From the NCBI RefSeq assembly GCF_009914755.1, contig NC_060928.1: a stretch of DNA of 64,000 bases. One strand, given 5' to 3'. This DNA comes from the human T2T-CHM13v2.0 reference genome, Homo sapiens. Numbering within the stretch: the stretch's first letter is position 1; each line of letters begins with the position of its first letter. The notes beneath the pieces are model-generated. The model was not told where the DNA came from. It searched no databases and worked only from the letters and a program-made list of their open reading frames with translations. Below are positions 54,398 to 64,000 of the stretch, in pieces. A program made the position numbers and the translations under genes.

Positions 54398-54622
54398 AAT
54401 AGTTACCATGTACTGAGTATCTCAATGTGTGCCAAGTGTTTATGAACACTTTCTCATTTAATTCTCACCACATCCCCATGGAGTAGGTCTTATTATCTTC
54501 ATTTTACAAATGAGGACTAGAAAGGTGTAATGAATCCCTAGATTATACAGCCAATATCTGGTATTGTCCAGGAGCCACCTCTGGTCTGTCATACTCCAAA
54601 ATTCTCTTAAACATTCTGCTAT
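54398..54622 (-). mobile_element. MIR
   Basis: ctcatttaattctcaccacatccccatggagtagg…cattttacaaatgaggactag. Confidence 0.75.
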
Positions 54623-54771
54623 AATGTTTCCAGTTTGGGGAAATAACAACAACAACAAAAATTGGAATCAGGCCTACGGGACATCGAGTGACAAAGCTGG
54701 CCTAATCACAGAAGCACTTATCTGTGTGCTAGGAAGCAATGGAAAATAACATATGAATATGAATATGAATA

Positions 54772-54985
54772 TGTCTGAAAAATGCTAAGAGAGTAGATAA
54801 TATGTGCTCTCACTACAAAAATGACAACCATGTGAGGTAATGCATTTGTTAACTAGCATGATTTAACCATTCCACAATGTATATGAACTTCAAAACATGA
54901 TGTTGTACATGATAAATACATATATTTTATCCATTAAATAAATCCATTTGAAATAAATAAAGCAATTGAAAAAAATGAAAAAATA
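54772..54985 (+). mobile_element. L1MA 3' end
   Basis: atgtgaggtaatgcatttgttaactagcatgatttaaccattccacaatgtatatg…catgatgttgtacatgataaatacata. Confidence 0.8.
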
Positions 54986-55169
54986 CTACAGGGTGCCATG
55001 AAAGCTCAGTAGATGAGTTTCTACTTTATATTACATACTATTTAGCATAGCTATTTAAAGTTATTAAGTATGAAGATAATTGATACCATTAAAGCAAATT
55101 CTTAAGAGTCTCAAATGGCAGGAATAAACATAATGTCTTATTGGAAAAAGGGACAAGACGCCTCTGAAG

Positions 55170-56640
55170 CCATATTTATATCTCTACCCTTGACTTTGCC
55201 CTTAAATTTTAGAATTAATTGAACTTGGCATCACCACTTAAATGTCTAATGGCTATATAAAATATAACATAACCAAAAGAGCATTGATTATGTGGCCAAA
55301 CACATGCCCACCTTCTACCTCGTCTCCCCCATTCTCAATGTTCCCACCATCCACCCAGGCTCTCAATTCCCAAACATAAGAATTTCACTCAGTTCTTCCT
55401 TTCTCTTTTCATCCTCCTTATCCAGGCAAAAGAAATCTCGACTGACTCTACCTTCAAATAATTTAGAATCTCAAGATCTCTCTCACTACTACCACCAGGC
55501 TATTCCAAGCCAAATGGTTACTCCACTAAACCACTGCACAAGCTGCTATAGTGAATATATGTCACCTTATTATATGTGTAGCTTATGAAACCTTTCTTAC
55601 ACTTATAGCATGTGCCGTGAAAACTTGCTTCCTGCTCTAGGAGCTGAAATTACAGGATGCACATTTCTATAGCTTTTATTCTTGCAGAACTTCAGAAACC
55701 AAAGACAACTCCAAGGACCTTGAGTCCAAAGCTAGTGACCCACAGAAGTAGAGAGACTAGAACATCTCTGGGGAGGAGTCAATATCCAGAGACAGAATAC
55801 CGCAGGGCCTCTAGGTGTGCAGAACTGGGTGAGACCTCAGCTGCAGCCTGGTCTACCAGCTGGGTGATGTAATTTTCATTGTGTTTCAGTCTGTTTCCCC
55901 AGCCTTCCTGGCAATTCTCCGGGTTAATCAATATGCTGACCAAAAAATATAACTTTCTGCTTAAACCAGCCAAAGCTGGTTTCTTTGCTTGCACTTAGGA
56001 ACTCATTGAGTCGAGCTCCCTTATTCATATTCATCCTGCACAGAGAAGCCTGAATGAATGATCTGATCCTGTCACTCCCTGGCTTACACCAACCAATGGA
56101 ATCCCAGCACACCTAGAATCATAGATGGCTCCTTAAACAAAATCACGCAGGGCCTACAAGACCAATATGATCTGACCTGAATGTGCGCTACAACCTTCTT
56201 CTTGCCACTGTGTCATTTGTTTCCTATACGTTATTCATACTGACTTTCTTTACACTCCTCAGGCACAAAGAATTTATTTCTTCCACAGATTTTGCAGTTG
56301 CCCCTCATTCTGGGTGAGTGTCCTTCCTCAGATTTTTACGTCTTCAGCTTTTTTGTAACAGTGATATCTTAGCTCACATAACACCTTCTCCAAGGAGCCT
56401 TCCTTAACTATTCAGTCCTATCACACTGAAAATTGCCCAGGTTTCTTTCTTGGCACTTATCACTATTAGAAATCACTTTGTTCTTTTATTTGTTGACTTA
56501 GTATTGTCCGCCCTTCCCTGTCCCACCTGATGCACACATATAAGCTTAAAGAGTGCATATTTTGTTCACATCTATATTTCTGGTGCCTAGAACAGTGTCT
56601 GGTACATAGGTTGGCACTCTGTGTTAAGAAGTAAATCTGA
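55170..56640 (+). mobile_element. L2 remnant interrupted by an MLT1-type LTR (~55610-55995)
   Basis: L2 3' motifs (atctgatcctgtcactccc, gtgcctagaacagtgtctggtacatagg); MLT1-like 3' end (gcttaaaccagccaaagctggtttctttgcttgcac). Confidence 0.65.
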
Positions 56641-58162
56641 AAGTTTATAAAATCCAAAGGAAAATATACCAAATTTGATACTATTTGACCAAAAAAAAAA
56701 AAAGTTTCAGTGCTCATTATCTACAAGGGGTAGTCAAGTAGATAGAATAAAAGATGTTCCACAGGATATAACGCAGAAGAACTGGGATAATGGTGCTGTC
56801 AGTTTTTAAATGGATATTTTGAAGCCCAAAGACTCTGAAACATGAGCACCACAGTTTGGAATTTTATTCGAGTATATCACCTATAAGAATTTATGGTATC
56901 TGTAAAAGAAAGTCATAGGAAAAATGTGATGAGAAAAAGACTTTCAGAAATCACACAACGTAAAGAATTTCAGATTGTTAATAAGTGCAATCAATCAGGT
57001 TTGGATGCATCTTTACAAAGGAGAATTTTAGACGCTTAGTCTTAAATGAAGACCCAGGATCCCTGGAGAAACTCACAATGAATGAAATAAGGGAAGTCAT
57101 ACAATTCCAGGCAAGCTTTTCTTGTGATTCATACCCAATCCAATTCCTGAATTAAATAGACATGCACATATGATTGATCACCTGGTAAAATGCTCAAGGA
57201 AACCTTCATTTTTCTCTGGAGAAGGAGGAAGAGGAGGAGAAGAAGGAGACAGAGAACATTTTTGCCGCTCTCCTAGTAGGTACATACTTCCATAAAGCCA
57301 GAGTTACAGCTCTAAATTTCTTCCTCCTCATTTTTCTCTCCACTGAAGCACGTCTTCCCTTCCAAAGAATGATAGCTTCCCTTTTAAGTATTTGCATCTG
57401 AGTTCAAAACTCAAGAAAACTTTTTTTTTTGCCCACTGGTTCTTCTTGTTTTTTGTACAACAGAGCACACTGTACATCTTAGAATAAAAGTGTAGAGATT
57501 CAAGTCAACCTAATTGAATAAAGATAAAACATTGTCTTACTTATGTAAGCAATTTACTTGATAAATTTAAAATAATGCATAAATTGCAGATGTTCAACCA
57601 GTACTGCAGAGAAACCATATGTCAGCTTCCATTCTGATTCTTTAGATAATCAAATTTGGAGTAAAGGGAGTAAAATTAGCTGCTAATAAATTAAACATGA
57701 CTAGTATCTCATATCTTGAGACAGACCGAAGAACACATCCTATCCATTAAGCATTAGCAGTGAAAATGAAGAAAGAAAATAATTTGCAGAGTATGTCACA
57801 ACAAAATAGTTCAAACCTATCCTTAGATTTATGAGATGTCTTCCTCTATACTTTATTTATGAATCAAATCCAAAATGCATGAAGAAATTACTTGTCAAGG
57901 GTATCGTGGAGGTAAATCGGATCTTTTTTTCTACTGCTATCTGCCCCACACAGGCAGAATGAAATCAGCTTCCTACAATAGTTCTATAAACAGATCCATC
58001 CAGCATATGCAACTTACTGACAACAAATCAATATGCTTTTTGGATTCGCATCTGACAAAGCTTAATAGCAAACAAAAGATAATATTTCTCTGAAACAATT
58101 CTATACAATAGTACAAAAGATCTTTATCAAGCTTTTCTTTCTAAATACCATTCATATCCTAC

Positions 58163-58249
58163 CTCTTTCAAAAACGCTGACATTCTGCAGATATCCTCTG
58201 ATATAATCTCTATAGGCTCCAAATAGCTTAAATTTACTTGTGTATTACC
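58163..58249 (-). pseudogene. Exon-like segment (GNTQVNLSYLEPIEIISEDICRMSAFLKE)
   Basis: aattttag| … GAG|gtagga; 87 nt, phase 0-0; the other two frames have early stops. Confidence 0.55.
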
Positions 58250-58513
58250 CTAAAATTGTGTCAGCCTGTAGAAAGCTCTATGTGGATTGCAGAAGCTAAC
58301 ATGGATTTTTAAAGATTCTCGCATCAGTTTTTATTTACATACTCCTTATTTGAAAGAATAGCATTCAAAAATTCATGCATACAATTACATTAAAGGTGGG
58401 ATTTTGCTGGGTTCTATTATATTCAGAGGAAGTGATTCCATGCCAAAGATACATATTTGTAGTTAAATCACATGTAGATGCACAGTGTCTAGAAATGCAT
58501 TATTGTCACTAAC

Positions 58514-58601
58514 CTGCTGTTTCATTTTCTGCCTCGGAATGTAAGGAGGAACTTGGAAAAATCCCCTTGCTAAGTATGAGGGGAAAGGTTTCTGGTGCCA
58601 T
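58514..58601 (-). pseudogene. Exon-like segment (WHQKPFPSYLARGFFQVPPYIPRQKMKQQ)
   Basis: cttaacag| … CAG|gttagt; 88 nt, phase 2 to phase 0. The 66-nt gap upstream is in frame and open, so it may be one exon with the previous segment. Confidence 0.55.
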
Positions 58602-58667
58602 CTGTTAAGTTTTAAAGTCCTATATTGTATAGAAGAAAATATTATAAAGTATGTTCTTAATACTGAC

Positions 58668-58764
58668 CTATCTAGAAATTCTGAGAAAGACTCATCTTTA
58701 TTTTGAAATTTCCCCCGCCCCATCCCCACAAAAACTTGAACTTTGGGGGGAATTTTCATACTGC
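58668..58764 (-). pseudogene. Exon-like segment (GSMKIPPKVQVFVGMGRGKFQNKDESFSEFLD)
   Basis: tatcatgtag| … ATAG|gtcagt; 97 nt, phase 1 to phase 2. Confidence 0.55.
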
Positions 58765-59143
58765 CTACATGATAGAGAAGGTCTACCAATGCCCAGACTT
58801 ATAAATGAACAAAAAACATCACTGGGCATGGGGTGGAGGGGGGCCTTGTGGGAAAGCTAAACAAAAATTTCTAAATTTAACTGACAGCATCTTTGACACT
58901 GAGCAAAAATTATGTTGTATATTAGAGCACTCTTTTATTATAGTCTATGGACATTACAAAAGTAGGGAAGGACATTTTCTAGTATTAAAAAGGAAAATAT
59001 TATTTTGGTCCAAAATATTATAGCTAAAGATAGAAGTAATACAAGTGACACTGAAAGTTCCATTGATAACTGGGGTTATGGTAAGTGCATTGTAACACCA
59101 ATTAAAATAAAGTCAAATGTGCATAAAAACTCAAAATATATAC

Positions 59144-59214
59144 CTTGAAGCAGATGAAATACAAAGTCGTCATAATAAAGAGAAATAAGCCCAACCTGTC
59201 CTCCAGCAAAGAAC
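59144..59214 (-). pseudogene. Exon-like segment (FFAGGQVGLISLYYDDFVFHLLQ)
   Basis: ttattgtcacag| … CAAG|gtatat; 71 nt, phase 2 to phase 1, compatible with both neighbours. Confidence 0.6.
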
Positions 59215-59739
59215 CTGTGACAATAAAGGTGTGGGGAAAGATCGATACAGACACACTTGGATGAAACAAAGTTCTAGTTTTTCACCTCTTAGCAGATACT
59301 GTTTGTCTGAATACTTTAAGAGAGGCATAGCTATCCTAGCCCTCTTCCCTACACAGTTCATAGGCCATAGGAGGGAAGCTCAGCAAAACCTCTAATCTCA
59401 ATTCCAAGATTCCCATTTCCACCCTCCTTCCCCTTCATGCTTGCTCCATTGTCCCGGACCGATTTGAGCTCTTCTTGGACTCAAATTTCCACCACCATAA
59501 TCCTGGCTTTGACATCCATTTGTGGCCAAATTTAATTTGATGACTCTCTGAACTTCTTTCCTGTATTCCTTTGCCTTTTCTGCATAGATTTTCCTTTCTC
59601 AACCCCTTGAATTCTGGCATCCCTCAGATAAGAAACTTCTGCCTCAACTTTCAGCACCAAGGAAGTCTACCTGCATTCAGTCAAGCCTCATGTCTCAAAG
59701 GGACTGACACAATTAAGATGATGTTTACAGTAACATTTT

Positions 59740-60170
59740 ATATCAGTTGAGACTCTTTCTTTGCAAGCTAGAGATCCCATTCTAACTAATTTATATGAAA
59801 AGAAACTTACTGGGAGCATTTTGGGAACCCACAGGTCAACAGGGCATACTAATGCATCAGATTTGGAAGTGCACAGAGACCAAGACTTATACCCCAGGAC
59901 TAGAAAGTAAAAACTATAAGCAAGGTTTTCTAGCAAGAAGAGTCTAGTTAGCATGCAACTTCTGGTACGGATAAACATCAATCTTTTTTAGTGTATTATT
60001 CCCCTGTTTAAAATTGATATTCCATAGAGGGAGAGTCAAGTTGCCTGGCTTAAGGGATGTGACTACTGGATTACAGTGTCATGAAGATATGTTCAAAGGG
60101 GAAAATGTAAGTCCACAAAATAAAACTGAGATGCTCCTTAGAAAGGAGAAAAGGTCAGATGAGCCAATAA
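59740..60170 (-). mobile_element. Old MLT1-type LTR
   Basis: tatcagttgagactctttctttgcaagctagagatcccattctaactaattta resembles an antisense MLT1 3' end. Confidence 0.45.
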
Positions 60171-61579
60171 TAATAATAGCAATAATATAATCATCCATTA
60201 GGCATCTAAAGAGAATGGTGGCCTGACCAGAGACTGTATCTAGTACCTATAATTACCTTAAAATTATGTTTGTGAACTATTTCTTCTGTGTCTGATATAT
60301 TGTTCAATTAGAATTTCAGAAACCCTGTTAACTCTCCAAATTCATACACATTCTAGTTAATCAAGGCCAAATATCTGACAGCTAGAGCAAGGTATTTTCA
60401 TTGTAGTGGTAAAGATTAAAAGATTAAAATGGTAATGTGTATGATCAAATTAATCACTTAATATGAATGAAATTCTATTATTCAAGTTAGGCAGTTCTGT
60501 ATACCTACTTCATTTAATTCCCACAAAATCTCTGCAGGTGGGTATTACTAGACATCTTTAAAGGTGGAAAAACTGAACTTAGAGTCCTACAATACATTTA
60601 AATTCCTAAAGGCAAGAGTATTTGAACCCAAATGTATCTGCCTGTAAAGGAAATATTAGTTCCTGTGGAGTGAAATCAAGAATGGGGGAACATGTGAATC
60701 ATGATTGTTGATCTGACCCAAAGGAAGCTAGGATGTAAACTGATAAGGGGATTTTTCAGTAGATTTAAAAGAAAAAAGCTTCTGCTTATAAATTTAAATT
60801 GGGAAATATGGAGACATCAGTCAGCTGGTATCCATGTAGCCAACTGACTATTTAACATTTCCCCTTGCATGTCAAATAGGCATTTCCAAGTTAATATGCC
60901 AAAAATGAGACTCTTCATTTCTACCCTCAAACCTCTTTAATCTTTAATCTCCTTAATCTGAGCCTCAATAATCTTTAATCTCCTTAAGCTCCAATCATCT
61001 TTCCCACCTCAGCTCAGTAAATGGCACTATCATCAACCCACCTGCTCAAAAAGCTCCGCCATTAAATAGGTGTATTTAGTTTTTATTTTGGAATCATTCT
61101 TTCAAAAAATAAGTTTCAAGAGGCTTGAGATGTTTTTATATTGTTAATCATTTCATCCCAGCTTCTTGTGACTAGCATAAAGTAGATGGTAAATAAAATA
61201 GGTCTCACATTAATAAGAGGTTATGATTTGGGATTATGACCAGAGCATCTCAGACTTAAACGTAATCAAAAGCTGGGCAATGGAAAAGTAGAGTCAAAAA
61301 AGTGGTTATGCAAGAAGTTAGAAGACATACTAATAGAATGAGAGACTGAGAGCACCTGCCTTTTAAATAGAGGACCTTAAAATGAAGGTCCATAAACTCC
61401 TCCTCCAAGGGTCCAGATCTTTCGGTTTGAAGAACCTAGATGCTCACATTTGCTGCTCTAGAATTCCCATGATTTTCTGCCTCCCATATTGCTTTCTATA
61501 TATTTAAAGCATTCCCTGCCCATAGTGCTTAAATTTCTGTGAGTCTTTGTTCTTTGCAATGATGAAAAGTCCAAGGAAG

Positions 61580-61904
<325 letters not shown>

Positions 61905-61994
61905 TCACAATCTCTTCTGAGATCTGTTTGCACTTTTCCTAAACATCACTAGCAAAATCATTTCTGCAGATCCCTGTAAGTTTGCTTACTCATT

Positions 61995-62490
61995 ATATTA
62001 GTTTTTTATTGCTGTGAAAATTTAACGCAGAGTCAGTGGCTTAAATTCACATGGAGTGTGTTATCTTATAGTTCTGCAGGTCAAAAGTCTGGTACAGGTC
62101 CTAATGGGCTAAAATCAGGGTTTCAGCAGGCTTGTGTTGCTTTCTGGAGTCGCTATAAGAGAATCCATCCATTCACTGGCCTTTTCCAGCTTCTAGACCA
62201 AGCTCGCATTCTTCAGCTCCTAGCCATTTTCTCCAACTTCCAAGTAAGTAAAAGTGCATTAAGTCTATCTCACATCACATCACCTTGACCTTCTCTTCAG
62301 CTTTCCTCTTTCACTTTTAAGACCCTTGTGATTACATTGGGCCTACCTGGATAATATAAGATATTCTTTTCATTGAAAAAAAAAAGCAGATTAGCAACTA
62401 TAATTCCATGTAGAACCCTAATTTCCCTCTGCCAGATAACAGGGATTAGGATGTGGATGTCTTTTGGAGACTGTTGGTCAGCTTCCCACA
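61995..62490 (-). mobile_element. MaLR solo LTR (MLT1D-like)
   Basis: acccttgtgattacattgggcctacctggataat…gggattaggatgtggatgtcttttgg…ccaca. Confidence 0.8.
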
Positions 62491-62792
62491 TTTATGTATC
62501 TCTTCAAGAGTGTTGCCTCAACTCCATCAGTTTCAATCCATTCAACATAATATCTAACATTCATTGAGTGCTACCATATGCTAATCAGTGTGCCAAACAT
62601 GTTATGAATTTAGTAACCATATAGAAAATGTGTGTGAGGAGGGAGAGTGGAAAGGGATTTCAGCTTGATTTTTATTCGTCTGAAACTTCCCACTCCTATT
62701 TCATCTCCGCATGCAGTTCACTCCGTTTCCCTTCCTGCCTTCAGGGTTTTTGGCCAAAAGAAAATAATGTTCTTCTTAGAAACAATCTATGA

Positions 62793-63213
<421 letters not shown>

Positions 63214-63294
63214 TAATCTGTTTTTTAAAGAGTAGTTTGCTCTATAATTTGATTTTAAAAAAGGTTTTCATACTCTAGAATTTAATTTGAATAC

Positions 63295-63422
63295 CTTCAT
63301 AGGATTGAACTGTGTGGCTGCAGGACCATGCTTTTTTATGGTGTTTTCTATTTCTGTTTCCAGGTAAAACTTTATTATTATTATTAATGTTGTTTGGTTT
63401 AAAATATCATTATGACCATAAT
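63295..63422 (-). pseudogene. Exon-like segment (YGHNDILNQTTLIIIIKFYLETEIENTIKKHGPAATQFNPMK)
   Basis: Strong polypyrimidine acceptor ttttctcccttttttctttcag| and donor AAG|gtattc; 128 nt, open frame. Confidence 0.5.
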
Positions 63423-64000
63423 CTGAAAGAAAAAAGGGAGAAAAAGTTGGAAGAAGTGGGAATCTAACCTTATAGCAAGACGTAGATGTTAAATACATTT
63501 TTTTCATTATTCTTCCCTTAACTCCTTTCTTTAGTTTCCTTTCTTACCCTCTTTTTTTCCTTTTTTTATTTCTTCCCTCTTTCCTTCCTTAATCAAAACA
63601 TTATCAAAGCCCTCTTATATTCAGAGCTTTTAAAATTCTACCCTTCTGTTTTGAGAAACTTGTAAAAATAAGAACATTTTGTTTAGAAAAGTTCTTAATA
63701 AAATAGTAAACTAAACAAAGAGGTCTAGAAATATTTTTCTACATGTTCAGATTATGGTCATGATGGTATTTAAATTAAAACAGCATGCACAAATTCTATT
63801 CCAGTTCAAAGACATAGGAAATAAATATTTTATGTAAAAAATATTAAATTTTAAAAATGGATATTTACGGTCTATTACATAAAATTTGAATTTAATGGAA
63901 GAATTGAAAAACAAGGACTAAATCAAAGTAAAAGCTTTTTACCATTTTTCCTGGCAGTAAAATGTCTTTGTCATAAAGTAATCAGAGTCTTGAAATTCTT

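Noticed and set aside
59435-59680. Minus-strand ORF adjacent to the candidate exon chain
   Set aside because: Could not find a phase-compatible donor/acceptor pair linking it to the chain; purine-rich composition may be degraded repeat.

Overview
AT-rich, CpG-depleted primate (human/great-ape-like) genomic DNA with no CpG island and no intact protein-coding gene that I recognise. Much of the window is interspersed repeat: young L1PA2/3-like 3' ends, older L1P/L1PB/L1M, AluS/FLAM, L2, MIR, CR1/L3, MaLR LTRs and hAT MITEs. Nearly all ORFs in the supplied track are repeat-derived or chance. The main non-repeat signal is a chain of small GT-AG-bounded exon-like segments on the minus strand at ~56.9-63.4 kb. 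Five consecutive ones splice in phase into a stop-free 131-codon peptide that I cannot assign to a family. Flanking segments carry stops or a frameshift, so this is a candidate unprocessed/unitary pseudogene or poorly annotated gene. The window also shows several DNA-repair and retrotransposition signatures: a twin-primed 5'-inverted L1, a near-perfect 75-bp inverted repeat replacing part of an old L1, a probable L1 3' transduction, an inverted FLAM tail and a 62-bp triplication with a fold-back junction. All subfamily calls and alignments were made by eye; no database was searched.
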